From Lytechinus pictus (lineage: Eukaryota): a DNA stretch of 64,000 bases. The stretch is taken from positions 9,240,001-9,304,000 of the forward strand of contig NC_087245.1 in NCBI RefSeq assembly GCF_037042905.1. Reading direction: 5' to 3'. Shown piece by piece: positions 1-10,940 of this stretch. Every line of letters begins with the position of its first letter. Positions within the stretch are counted from its first letter, which is position 1. A program made the position numbers and the translations under genes. The notes under the pieces were generated by a model. The model saw only the letters and a program-made list of their open reading frames with translations, made no database searches and was not told the origin of the DNA.

Positions 1-726
1 CTGCAGTTTGGATAAAAAATGCAAAAAAACAATTCCTGCATATTACATAATAAAAAGACAGGTTTTATTGCAATACGATCCAATTAAAATAACTCACCGC
101 CCACACCTCTCAGTATCTCTGGTTTAATGCACTCTGGTAATTACAGTATTGTTATGTTGAGCTAAAGGGAAAATAAAACAAACTACAATCAACATCATGA
201 AACAGATCTGACGGTAAGTGGTTACAGTCGCATATTAGTGTAAAAACATTTATAAAAATCTTAACTTCAGAGGCATAAAATATGTCAGTTTACATATTAA
301 AAATTCATATAAAGTAATCCCATAGGCATCAATAATTATTTAGTAAGAGTAAAATACATGATCACACAAAGTTTACAAGTATACAGTAGTATAATAACAA
401 TAATAATTAACTCACTTGTACTTTGACTGAAACTAACACGGGAAGACAACCTTCTTCTTCAAAAGCTCAATCTCTTCTGCCCTCTTCCCGCCAATTTGTG
501 CTCTAGCTGGCTTCAAAAGAAAACCTCCTACAGCTATTGGGGGTACATTATTGCTACCCCCAACTGACTCTTGATTGGTCAAGAGATCAACCCAGCCAAG
601 TATATCCAGGGATGCTTAAATGCATATTTGAATACACTTTGAACAATAGCCATTGTTCACCAAACTACAGCAAATTTAAATAGCCTGATGCAACCCAATG
701 GGGGTAGCCATTTTCACATTACAACA
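1..726 (-). repeat. 3' LTR (partial)
   Basis: Matches 6769-7493; by eye only one 1-bp indel (~538) and one TT/CC change (~627). Begins TGTTGTAATG on the minus strand. Confidence 0.95.
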
Positions 727-740
727 AATTTCCCCCCAAT
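727..740 (-). promoter_or_regulatory. Polypurine tract (plus-strand primer)
   Basis: Minus strand ATTGGGGGGAAATT immediately precedes the TG of the 3' LTR. Confidence 0.75.
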
Positions 741-1059
741 TAATGAAATTGCCTGGCAATACATTAATTAAGCAATAAATAATTCAAACCGCCAATCACA
801 AAATGACAAAATATAAAAAAAATATACATGTATGATAACATCTGTTTGCAGTCAATTATGGTAATTATGACAATAACTGGTAGTAACCTGGTAGATAAGG
901 CAATAGAAAAATCAAAATACATGTAGCGAATCACAAATATCAAAATAAATAGAAACATTTGTTTGTTGTCAACCAAAATAATAACTTTTGACGATAACCG
1001 GTCAAAAAAACAAAATGAGCTTCTTGTTGTTCCCCCCTTATGGGGGAGACGACTTCCTC

Positions 1060-4000
1060 TTACGACTTTAGCACAGAACGAGGGAGATGATTCAGGTTAC
1101 TATGGATCCCTTTATTTATTCGGCTCGAACGCCGAGGACCATCACATGCATGTGCATCTGGTGACTGTACGACTGACTGGTCACCTGGGTGTGTTGAATC
1201 CCAAACAAAGATCAATGGGAGTTGTTCCTCATTACCAGCATCTTTGGCTTGGACCGTTATTGGGTCTTCGCACTTTTCATGCTGAAGGGAAGAGTCCTCA
1301 AATCCGCAAGGCATTCCATCATCCCTGGGGTCCTTGACGAGGAGTTTTCGATTCACTCTCATCATGCGACCACCCAACAATGGGCGGATTTCATACACGT
1401 CATCTGACATGTTTACCTTGGTAATGACATAGGGGTTGTTGTCAAATTTATCGGCCAGTTTATGCCTTCCGGTGAATGCACACTTTTTTAGGAGGACTCT
1501 AGTGCCAACTTTCAAGGGGTCACTCATTGGCAGTGCATCATGTCTTAGCTTCTCAGTCTGGAGTGTTGAAGAAATATTACTCTTAGCAGCCTCATGCGCC
1601 TGTTGAAGAGATATGGATTGCTCCTTGACATACTCTTCATTCCAGTCTCCATGCGTATTTCCTAGTAGTTGATCAAGAGGTGTGTATGGCTCTCTGCCAT
1701 ACAACAGATGAAAGGGTGAAAAACGTGTCACTTTATGTGGAGTGTAGTTGTAAAGTGACACTAGATGGCCTATAACATCTGGCCACTGTCGTCGCTCTGA
1801 TGAGGGAAGGGATCGGATCATTGCACAGAGAGTTCGATTGAACCTCTCAGTCTGACCGTTCCCTTGAGGGTGATACGGGGTCGTTCTTGATTTAGTGATT
1901 CCATACAACTGGCACAATTCACGTATGATAGCACTCTCAAAGTTTCTCCCCTGATCGGAATGGATCCTCAGGGGAACACCATAGTGTGCAAACCAGTGGG
2001 TCTGAAGAGCCTTGGCAACAGTAATTGCTGTCTGATCCTTACATGGTATAGCCTGTGCATACTTCGTAAATGCGTCTGTGACTATCAATACATCTTCATA
2101 GCCACCCTTCCCTTTGTCAAGTTTCAAGAAATCAATGGCCACAAGCTCCATTGGTTTGAATGCGAGAAGATGACGTCTTGGGGTGCGGATTGTAGGAGTT
2201 GGTGCTTTCGATTTGATACACGCAAAGCACTTTCGTACATGTTCTTTCACATCTTGATATAGTCCAGGCCAGAAGCATCGGTTGCGTAGCACTCCGATAG
2301 TCCTATCTACTCCTTGGTGACCCCATTCGTCATGAGCCATCTCCAGCATCCGTTTCCTCAACTTCTTTGGAGTGAGAAATTGCTTGGTTGATGTCTCATT
2401 AGCCTGTGGGGATCGACGATACAGTATACCATTCTCCTCCACTATGTGAGTATATTCCTTGAACCAGGATTTCACTTCTGAATTTTCTGTGTTCAGAATG
2501 TCTCCAGGTTTCCATCCTGATTGCCAACTCTTGCAAAGAACAGATAGTGTGTCATCTTCTTGTTGCATAGATGCTAACTGCTGCGGTGAGTACGAAGGAA
2601 ACACACATGGGACTGGTTTGGGAGATAAGTCCTGTTCCCTATCTTTGTCAACTACTTCTTCCGGGAGGATAGTGCTAACAGTTACCTCACCAATGATACC
2701 CTTGACCTCTTCCTCATTCTTTCCAGGATACCTACTCAGTGCATCTGCACAGCGATTTAGTCTCCCTGGTCTGTACCTGATCTCGAGGTTGAAGGGGGCA
2801 AGCTGCGCAGCCCATCTCTGCTCCGTAGCGCCAAGTTGTGCTGTCTGTAGGTGAGCAAGGGGGTTGTTATCGGTGAGCACAATGCATCTGGATCCCATCA
2901 GATAACCTTTGAATTTTTCAGCTACTGCCCACTTAAGGGCCAAGAGTTCAATTTTGAAGCTAGAAAAATCTGGATACCTCACTTCTGCTCCCCGTAGACT
3001 ACGACTAGCAAATGCTATTGGATGCCGTTGACCATCCTCTCCAGTCTGCGATAGGCAGGCTCCGAGGCCCTTTGAAGAAGCATCCACCTCTAAGGTGAAT
3101 TCTTGACCAAATCGTGGATAAGCAAGGATAGGGGTTATCGTTAGTTTGTCCTTCATCACTTGAAATGAATCATCAGCCTCCTCAGTCCACTCAAACTTCA
3201 TATCATCTTGACATTTGCTGCTCGAGTGTCTCTTTCCCGCTTTTGAGGATGTCTTGGCTCCAATCAGAGAATGGAGAGGGGCAGCAATTTTAGCAAACTC
3301 GGGAACAAATCTCCGATAATAAGACGCAAGTCCTAAGAACGATCGGAGTTCAGATGAAGTCTTGGGAGTTGGCCAATTTGCGACACGTTCTACCTTCCTT
3401 GGATCCACCATTACTCCCTTGTCACTGACGATGTGTCCCAGGTGTGTTAATTCTTTCTGAAAGAACTGGCATTTCTCTCCCCTCAATTTGAGGCCATGTT
3501 TATTGAGTCTGTCGAACACTTCCTCCAATCTTGCCAAGTGCTCCTCAAGTGTTTTCGAGAAGACAAGAATGTCGTCAAGATACAAGATAAGCTGTCTAAA
3601 GTTCAGGTCTCCAAATATCAGTTCCATTATGCGTTGAAAGGTGCAGGGACTGTTACAGAGGCCTTGAGGCATCCTTCCAAATTCGAAAAGCCCCCAGGGC
3701 ACCCGAAAAGCAGTTAGGGGGATTGAATCAGGATGCATGGCCACTTGATAATAACCATGAGAGAGATCAAGTGATGTGAAGTACTTTGCACCTTCCATTG
3801 CTTCCAAGGACTCATCTATCCGAGGCAAGGGAAAGGAATCCTTTACAGTTATTGCATTAAGCTGGCGATAGTCTATGCAAAGACGAATGGCCCCCGACTT
3901 CTTTCTCACCAGTACTACAGGACTGGCATAGGGACTTGATGAGCGTTTGATGATTTTTCTATCTAGCATGTCTTGCAGCAACTTTCGAACTTCTTCGGTT

Positions 4001-5214
4001 TCCCCAGGAGAAATCCTCCTATAAGGCATGCGTATGGATTTGTCAGCAATCGTTTTGATCTCATGAGGGATGAGATCACAGTACCCTAGATCAAATTCCC
4101 CGTTTGAGAAGGCACCAATGTTCTGTGAAAGGAGTACTGCTATTTGGCTGGCTTCCTCATATGGCATTCCTTCCAAGCTTATGCCAGCTGGCAATCTTGC
4201 TACGCCTCCATCTTTGAATCTGAATTCAGATACTCCTCTGTACTGGTTAGTTGATATCTGTTCCCGTATCACCTCTTCATGCTCAACGGCGTCACAAGCC
4301 ACGTTATCATTAGCAGTAGAGGTTATAATCTCATGAATGTCCACTTCGATTGAGCTCTCTACCAACTTTACACATACTTCTTTGCGTGATTCCATCAAAG
4401 ACGCAGATGCCAAATTCGAGTGAGGTGGTATGGTTACTTCAACTTCTCCAACATTAGCAACAAGAATATCCACTGTGTGATCCCCAGAGATGCAACCTTC
4501 TATCACTTCAAGGAAAGGTATTGATGCTTCCGAGTTAGCTTGTTTCACAAGCCACACATCATCTGACTTGTCTCCCTTGTTCTCGACCTGGGAACGATCC
4601 AAATGACACTGCATATGTCGGACTGTCCTTGGTGCAATCACCACCTGTTGTGACCCACTCACAACATGCTGTGTCCTTATCTGTTTCGTCTCACTCGCAA
4701 GATTTAGACAAGCCTTCGTTAACTCAAGGTCATCCATTTCCTCACCTAGAAGTGGTCTTAATCCATTGCTGCCAATAAGTATTGGAAACTCTTGTCGTTT
4801 GCCATAAGTTGACATCTTCTGTCCAATCAGAAATCCAACCACAGCTTCATGATCATCGATGCACACTCGGGCACGTACATACCCTTCAACTGGCACTTCA
4901 GTTCCCGAGATTCCAGTGATTTTTACTAAGGTTTCTAGCTTTTCAGGGCACCCAATTGCTGTTGTGAACTGAGAATGGAACACATCAGAAGGGATGATTG
5001 ACACTTCTGACCCAGTGTCTAAGATGCATCCAACATTAACACCAGCAACATTGGCTATTACTGTGGGGCTGGATGACACCAAAAGGTCCTTGATATTCAA
5101 ATTGGTGCCCTTCTCCTTAGCCTTTCCATCTGTCCCTTTTCCCGGGCTTTCAGTCCCTGTGTTGGCACACATGAAGTGGTCACTGGCCATGGGCTTTTGG
5201 TTCCTGAACCCCAC
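1060..5214 (-). CDS. pol: Pol polyprotein (aspartic protease, RT, RNase H, integrase); frame is open from 5256 and probably expressed as Gag-Pol
   Basis: 1384-aa uninterrupted ORF: LDTGS protease; LCIDYRQLN, MPQGL and YLDD in RT; VDAS...ELLA...TDNNPL RNase H; HDEWGH...CFAC zinc finger; AIDF/HSDQG/TERFN DDE integrase; GPY/F-like KLADKFDNNPY. Confidence 0.97.
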   Translation of the reverse strand: MGFRNQKPMASDHFMCANTGTESPGKGTDGKAKEKGTNLNIKDLLVSSSPTVIANVAGVNVGCILDTGSEVSIIPSDVFHSQFTTAIGCPEKLETLVKITGISGTEVPVEGYVRARVCIDDHEAVVGFLIGQKMSTYGKRQEFPILIGSNGLRPLLGEEMDDLELTKACLNLASETKQIRTQHVVSGSQQVVIAPRTVRHMQCHLDRSQVENKGDKSDDVWLVKQANSEASIPFLEVIEGCISGDHTVDILVANVGEVEVTIPPHSNLASASLMESRKEVCVKLVESSIEVDIHEIITSTANDNVACDAVEHEEVIREQISTNQYRGVSEFRFKDGGVARLPAGISLEGMPYEEASQIAVLLSQNIGAFSNGEFDLGYCDLIPHEIKTIADKSIRMPYRRISPGETEEVRKLLQDMLDRKIIKRSSSPYASPVVLVRKKSGAIRLCIDYRQLNAITVKDSFPLPRIDESLEAMEGAKYFTSLDLSHGYYQVAMHPDSIPLTAFRVPWGLFEFGRMPQGLCNSPCTFQRIMELIFGDLNFRQLILYLDDILVFSKTLEEHLARLEEVFDRLNKHGLKLRGEKCQFFQKELTHLGHIVSDKGVMVDPRKVERVANWPTPKTSSELRSFLGLASYYRRFVPEFAKIAAPLHSLIGAKTSSKAGKRHSSSKCQDDMKFEWTEEADDSFQVMKDKLTITPILAYPRFGQEFTLEVDASSKGLGACLSQTGEDGQRHPIAFASRSLRGAEVRYPDFSSFKIELLALKWAVAEKFKGYLMGSRCIVLTDNNPLAHLQTAQLGATEQRWAAQLAPFNLEIRYRPGRLNRCADALSRYPGKNEEEVKGIIGEVTVSTILPEEVVDKDREQDLSPKPVPCVFPSYSPQQLASMQQEDDTLSVLCKSWQSGWKPGDILNTENSEVKSWFKEYTHIVEENGILYRRSPQANETSTKQFLTPKKLRKRMLEMAHDEWGHQGVDRTIGVLRNRCFWPGLYQDVKEHVRKCFACIKSKAPTPTIRTPRRHLLAFKPMELVAIDFLKLDKGKGGYEDVLIVTDAFTKYAQAIPCKDQTAITVAKALQTHWFAHYGVPLRIHSDQGRNFESAIIRELCQLYGITKSRTTPYHPQGNGQTERFNRTLCAMIRSLPSSERRQWPDVIGHLVSLYNYTPHKVTRFSPFHLLYGREPYTPLDQLLGNTHGDWNEEYVKEQSISLQQAHEAAKSNISSTLQTEKLRHDALPMSDPLKVGTRVLLKKCAFTGRHKLADKFDNNPYVITKVNMSDDVYEIRPLLGGRMMRVNRKLLVKDPRDDGMPCGFEDSSLQHEKCEDPITVQAKDAGNEEQLPLIFVWDSTHPGDQSVVQSPDAHACDGPRRSSRINKGIHSNLNHLPRSVLKS

Positions 5215-5250
5215 CGTTTCGCCCTCAACAATGGAGCTAGTTAGTTTCCC
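5191..5250 (-). promoter_or_regulatory. -1 programmed ribosomal frameshift signal (G_GGA_AAC plus downstream stem/pseudoknot)
   Basis: Heptamer at 5250-5244 just before the gag TAA; pol lies in the -1 frame; a 6-nt spacer precedes an 11-bp stem. Confidence 0.8.
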
Positions 5251-6173
5251 GAATCTTCAATGACTGTTGTCCCAGCAGACATTTGCGGACAATTCCTTAT
5301 GTAATGTCCCATTTTATGGCACTTGTAACATGCGTCATTGTTCAATGATCTCTTCTTACCAGTTTTTAATCTGCGCACTGTTTCATTTAGTGATGTCACA
5401 TCTGTCTTTAGTCTTTCAACTTCAGACAAAATTGCCTTCTGTTGTTCTAGTATCTCCTTAAGGGTGCTTTGTTCAGACTTTGCTGTGGTTGTTGCTGTAT
5501 GGACAAACTCTGACTCCACCTCTCTAGCTCTAGGTTTTACAAAGGACATTGGTGCTTCTTGAAACAACCGTAGAGCTTCACTACGCACTGCACTGAAACC
5601 AGATTTTCCATGGTCAAGCTGGATACGTCGAAGTTCACGCCTAACAGAGGCATCGCGTGCTCCATTAACAAATTGGTCACACAACTCATGATCCTTCAAC
5701 TGTGTAAGGGCAGCTCGATCTTCCTTTTCTGCAGATTTCACCATCCTGCAATAGGTTCGCAAAAGTGATCTACTAAAGTCGCAAAGAGATTCTCCATCGT
5801 ATTGCTTGCGATTGTGAAATTCACTGCTAAGAGTTTGGGTTGTCTCTTGATATCCAAAACACAGTTTAAGGGCAGTCACAACTTCGTCGAAATCATGTCG
5901 TTTTTCATCCTGTAAGCACATAACTTCCTCTCGTGCTGAGCCTTCGAGATGATCAAGAAGTAATCTGGCCTTCTCGATGTTTGACAAATTGAATTGAGCT
6001 GTGACTTCCTCAAACTCTTCAAGCCATTCTGGAAGTGAAAGCTCACCCACACGTTCAGGATGCCCCTTAAACTTTGATAGGTGGCTCTGCGAGATTCCTT
6101 GCAGTCCCATTGATCGACGAAAGAATTGAGTCATCATATCTGTGTCAAGGGTTTGTCCTGACGTAGCATTCAT
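5241..6173 (-). CDS. gag: Gag (capsid plus CCHC zinc knuckle)
   Basis: 310-aa ORF between the PBS and pol; CYKCHKMGHYIRNC knuckle; retrotransposon capsid-like motif RKQYDGESLCDF. Confidence 0.93.
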   Translation of the reverse strand: MNATSGQTLDTDMMTQFFRRSMGLQGISQSHLSKFKGHPERVGELSLPEWLEEFEEVTAQFNLSNIEKARLLLDHLEGSAREEVMCLQDEKRHDFDEVVTALKLCFGYQETTQTLSSEFHNRKQYDGESLCDFSRSLLRTYCRMVKSAEKEDRAALTQLKDHELCDQFVNGARDASVRRELRRIQLDHGKSGFSAVRSEALRLFQEAPMSFVKPRAREVESEFVHTATTTAKSEQSTLKEILEQQKAILSEVERLKTDVTSLNETVRRLKTGKKRSLNNDACYKCHKMGHYIRNCPQMSAGTTVIEDSGN

Positions 6174-6461
6174 AGTGAAAGTAAGGCACTAATACAAATT
6201 AAAGGCACAGTTTGAAAGTAATAGGTATTGATACAACTGAAAGATTAGCTTAATTGTCACAACAGAGTTATATAATTCAGAATACTCAAAGTTCAAACCC
6301 GCCGTTAGTTTCCAGTGAACCGAGGCTGTCTCTTCACTTTCGCTACACAAAGTCCTAAAGTTTTTATCCGTTGATTCCACATTAGCTCCTGATCTTAATA
6401 CCCCATCGCAACAGTCTTGGTATTGCGTAGATCCTTTGATGAACTTGGTGAACAAAGCATC

Positions 6462-6480
6462 AATCCCACTTCTGACACCA
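6462..6480 (-). promoter_or_regulatory. Primer-binding site, tRNA-Leu(CAA)
   Basis: Minus strand TGGTGTCAGAAGTGGGATT, 1 nt after the LTR's terminal CA; complementary to the ...AATCCCACTTCTGACACCA 3' end of metazoan tRNA-Leu(CAA). Confidence 0.9.
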
Positions 6481-6481
6481 A

Positions 6482-7493
6482 TGAAAGAAAGCCAATTTCA
6501 GACTGGTTTGCAGTGGTAAAGGTATTTTAATCCATGAAAGACAGCCTCGCTGCAGAGACATAAATAATAAAAATACAATGTAAATACATATTGATAAAAT
6601 AACATCATATGACCCATGTAAAACATTTATTCCATGTGATAATTTACAATTATTTCAATAAATAGTTTATACAATATTATGATTATAAGTCTCAATATGA
6701 CATTTCTTTATTCTTGCTTCACACATAAGGGTTGATAAAAATATACATATATATCATCCATAACTAAACTGCAGTTTGGATAAAAAATGCAAAAAAACAA
6801 TTCCTGCATATTACATAATAAAAAGACAGGTTTTATTGCAATACGATCCAATTAAAATAACTCACCGCCCACACCTCTCAGTATCTCTGGTTTAATGCAC
6901 TCTGGTAATTACAGTATTGTTATGTTGAGCTAAAGGGAAAATAAAACAAACTACAATCAACATCATGAAACAGATCTGACGGTAAGTGGTTACAGTCGCA
7001 TATTAGTGTAAAAACATTTATAAAAATCTTAACTTCAGAGGCATAAAATATGTCAGTTTACATATTAAAAATTCATATAAAGTAATCCCATAGGCATCAA
7101 TAATTATTTAGTAAGAGTAAAATACATGATCACACAAAGTTTACAAGTATACAGTAGTATAATAACAATAATAATTAACTCACTTGTACTTTGACTGAAA
7201 CTAACACGGGAAGACAACCTTCTTCTTCAAAAGCTCAATCTCTTCTGCCCTCTTCCCGCCAATTTGTGCTCTAGCTGGCTTCAAAAGAAAACCTCCTACA
7301 GCTATGGGGGTACATTATTGCTACCCCCAACTGACTCTTGATTGGTCAAGAGATCAACCCAGCCAAGTATATCCAGGGATGCTTAAATGCATACCTGAAT
7401 ACACTTTGAACAATAGCCATTGTTCACCAAACTACAGCAAATTTAAATAGCCTGATGCAACCCAATGGGGGTAGCCATTTTCACATTACAACA
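6482..7493 (-). repeat. 5' LTR (~1012 bp, TG...CA)
   Basis: Bounded by TGTTG at 7493 and TTTCA at 6482 next to the PBS; near-identical to 1-726. Confidence 0.93.
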
Positions 7494-7494
7494 C

Positions 7495-7578
7495 TATTAT
7501 TAATACTATTATCTTCATCGTCATCATCATCACCATCATTATTTTCATTATTATTATTATTATTATACTGATGATGAA
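7495..7578. repeat. Degenerate (ATT)n/(ATC)n microsatellite flanking the LTR
   Basis: Runs such as catcatcatcaccatcattattttcattattattattattatt. Confidence 0.8.
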
Positions 7579-8764
7579 CTTTAAAAACGGAATTCAAAAG
7601 TATTGTTTTTATCAGCAGAAATAAAGTTATGAAAACAGTCATATTTACCTTGTTTCAATTTAGATGTATTATTAATATTTGATATGTTCTTAAGTGAATG
7701 TCACTTTAATTAGTGATATTTATTTTGTCATAAAATAGATGACCACTTGAAAATTTTATTAATAAGCATGTTTAATTACTCTTAGTGTTCATTCCATAGG
7801 AAATTTGTAGTTCTCTATTTCTATTGTCTGCCATTTATTAAAATTATCCTATTTAAGAGAAAATTATGTTTCTGAATAAGATTTTTTTTTACTTAGACCT
7901 TGTGACATTGTGGGTTGCTGTTGAATGTATAGTGATCTATAATTTGAATGAATATGATAACTTCTATGATGATGATGATGATGAATATGATAACTTCTAT
8001 GATGATGATGATTGGTGCTCTTGGTGGTAATGATGATGATAACAATGAAAGATGGTGATTTCATAAACATGCATCATTGTATTGCCACTAGTGCAGTGAC
8101 TTATCTTAATCCAGGAATTACATTATATTCACAATCTTAAATTAACTACTTCATAGGCTACTGGTAGGCAAATTTTTACCAAATAATCAATTCATCTGAA
8201 GGTTTTGACATTCAAACTTTTAGAGTCTATGTAGCAAAGCTTTTTTACCTATAAAATCATGAGAAATCAGCCCAGTAAACATCAAGTTAATATTGCAAAC
8301 AGAGATTTTTTGGAGATTTTAGAACAGACTTATGTATGTTTGCAGTTAATTCAGATTTCAAGTTGTGGGTCGTTCTGATCTGTTATCAAAATATGGTTGG
8401 AAAAAAAATGGAGTTAGATATATATTCATTATAAAATGTGAGTGAGATCCAGGAGGTAAATGAGTCTTCTTTTTAAGTTCACATGTATATTGTTCAACTT
8501 TTCACGTTGATAAATTAAATGTTAAAACTAGCAAATAAAAACATTTATGGTTATGGTCAACGACTTGCTAGTTCTTGTAAAAAGGTCCATTTTAATCAAA
8601 TTCACCTCTCCTCGTTTTGAGAAGGGCGCCATCTTATCGTCAAATTGCCAGATTTAAGATATGATTTTTTTCTCTGGCACAAGTTTTTACTTGAACTTAG
8701 CAATAATATGATTGTGGAATCATGTGTGACCTCACTTGATTACTGTCTAAAAGTTTGCCTCTTA

Positions 8765-9244
8765 TTAAGGAGAAGTTCACCTGGCAGATAGTTGGTTTTA
8801 ATCAAAGCAGAAAAAATAAAATCTGGCGAAATCTATCAAATATTAACAGAGTTATGGAATTTTTATATACATATATATTTTTATATTTTTAATATTTTAA
8901 CATCACATGTGATTAGCTCCCTCATGTGTTATGAAATATGCATTCCGTTAACTGCCATTGTCCCAGAGAATTGGAAAATGGTATTACTTGTAAATTTAAT
9001 ATAAAATAAAAAAAACAATTTCTATAACAAATATTTTCATTCATAAACCATACAAAATCAAAATTTATGAAATTTATATTACATGCCCTGCGGGACAGCT
9101 GCTTGATGTCACAAATTCAAAACTGAAAAAAAATATAACTCTTATTTTTTATAGGTTTTCATCAGACCTTCCATGTTTATCTATATTTTATATGTTTTTA
9201 ACAACAGCTTTATGATCTTTATTGTCATGGTGAACTTTCTCTTT
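8765..9244. mobile_element. Old non-autonomous TIR DNA element (Kolobok-like MITE)
   Basis: Imperfect TIRs ttaaGGAGAAGTTCACC ... GGTGAACTTTCTCttt around an AT-rich non-coding interior; superfamily inferred from the TTAA flank. Confidence 0.5.
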
Positions 9245-9853
9245 GTCCCTGTGGAATGAATTTCTGCTGCAGTATAAGTATGGGTACAAATGGCTTTTGA
9301 TAAAGATAACAGTTACGAAGCACAATGGTAATCTTGAACACCCCACCCCCTCCTATTTCCAATCTTCTTTGACTTTCATGCAAGGCAGTTGGCGCCTTAA
9401 TGGTGCACATCTAGTTGCATGAGATTGATGATGCCGTAGGCCTATATGTTCAATATTTTGATTTCGGAAATAAGGAAAAAAATTATAGTAAAAAAGGAAA
9501 AATAAGGAATCGAAGGGGGAAATGAACGGTTACGCCAAATTCTATTATAGAAATCAGTAGTATCTATTGATGAAGTCATAGGGATATAGTGAGGGGACAT
9601 GTCCCCTTGGTAAAGAGTCTGCAACTGTAACATTGTTAAATTCAATGTTAACTGCAATTCACCATAATTTTGACGAGTTGTTTTTCCCCCTTCGAAATTA
9701 GACAATCATGAGAATATTGCCTAATAGCGCCATCTTACAACGAGAATGCGTGCCCTCAACTCAAACCGAGGAGAAGAAAGACAATGACGTATCGCTTTCG
9801 TTCCCTCATTCCATAAAGATGTTTGATGTGTATTTCCTCCAAGTTTATTCCAG

Positions 9854-10007
9854 GAGCGCCCATGACGAGTTTTCACGCCTCGTCCACCAAGAGAGGTTAT
9901 CATGCGCGTAGGCTAAGAGAGCCGCGACGCCCCAAGTCGCCTTACCCGACCGCCCCGCCAAACGGAGCTTTGGTATACTCTCATCCCAATCACCAAAACC
10001 CATGTCG
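9854..10007 (+). other. Candidate orphan exon (unidentified)
   Basis: Acceptor-like tttattccag|G and donor-like CG|gtgaga; GC-rich; one open frame; no recognised homology. Confidence 0.25.
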
Positions 10008-10837
10008 GTGAGAAGCATATGCTAAATCGCTCAAGCGCAGCACTAGAGCTATCTGATTTTAACGACCCTGTCAAATTTTCCCAAATGAAATGTATGAAAA
10101 TGAGTGGAAAATATTCCCCTGAGTATATTGCATTGCCTAAAAGAAAAAGGAGATGCAAACGTTAAAGATGAAAAATAACGTGGCAATGTCTGCGGTAATG
10201 ATGATTTGCTGGCTTTCACATTTCTCATATTGGCATGAGATTTTTTTTTCTGATTTTGAGAGCGGGGTGAGGAAATGTAAATCTGTGTGATATGAGAAGT
10301 TGGGGAGTTAATGATTTAGTAATGGGAAGCTTCTCGTCTCGGCCCTCTTCTATAGTATGAGGATGAGGTAATTACTTCTTTTGACGCCTTCTGACGCGTG
10401 GGATTCGACCAAGCGAATCCAACTAGCCCATCGACATTTGTGAGAAAACTTAAAGGCAATATGACGCGTTTTTAAACACAGTCTCTACTCATATTACTTT
10501 TCAATCAAACATGCTTGGTTTCAGCCATTTTTTATTCGTTTTTAAGAATAATAAGGTTTGAATGCATTCATGTTTCAGCATGATGAAAACGTGCTCCAGA
10601 CAATGACACTCGCAAAAGAGAATTTATACACCATGAAGAAAGTGCTATAATGAGCAATATGTTATAGATAATTTTCATTTTGCTAATTACCCATTTAGTA
10701 TATCAGTCTTTAACATGGATTGATTTAAAACTAATATATGTTCTTAAAAAAAATGTACGCATATTGTTCGTTAAATAAGTAAAAAAAAAATATAAGCCGT
10801 TTTCGCTTCATAGCACGTTTATTTAAATGTGTATTAA

Positions 10838-10940
10838 CATCATCACCATCATCATCGCTATCATCGTCACCACAATCATCGCTATCATCATCACCACCAC
10901 CATCCTCATCACCACCACCTCCATGTTTCATTGCCACCAC
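10838..10940. repeat. Degenerate (CAT/CAC)n microsatellite
   Basis: Runs such as catcatcaccatcatcatcgctatcatc. Confidence 0.8.

Larger units (their letters stand above)
1..7493 (-). mobile_element. Ty3/Gypsy LTR retrotransposon, apparently intact (3' LTR truncated by the window start)
   Basis: Direct repeats 1-726 and 6769-7493, PBS, PPT, gag with a CCHC knuckle, and pol in PR-RT-RH-IN order. Confidence 0.97.

Noticed and set aside
727..1059. env or third ORF in the Gypsy element
   Set aside because: Only ~330 bp separate pol from the 3' LTR, and the 70-aa ORF there is AT-rich noise.
963..5562. Plus-strand ORFs overlapping gag and pol
   Set aside because: Antisense shadows of the long retrotransposon ORFs, with no recognisable motifs.
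9724..9740. CTCF/YY1-like site TAGCGCCATCTT
   Set aside because: Only a partial match to short motifs, not distinguishable from chance without data.
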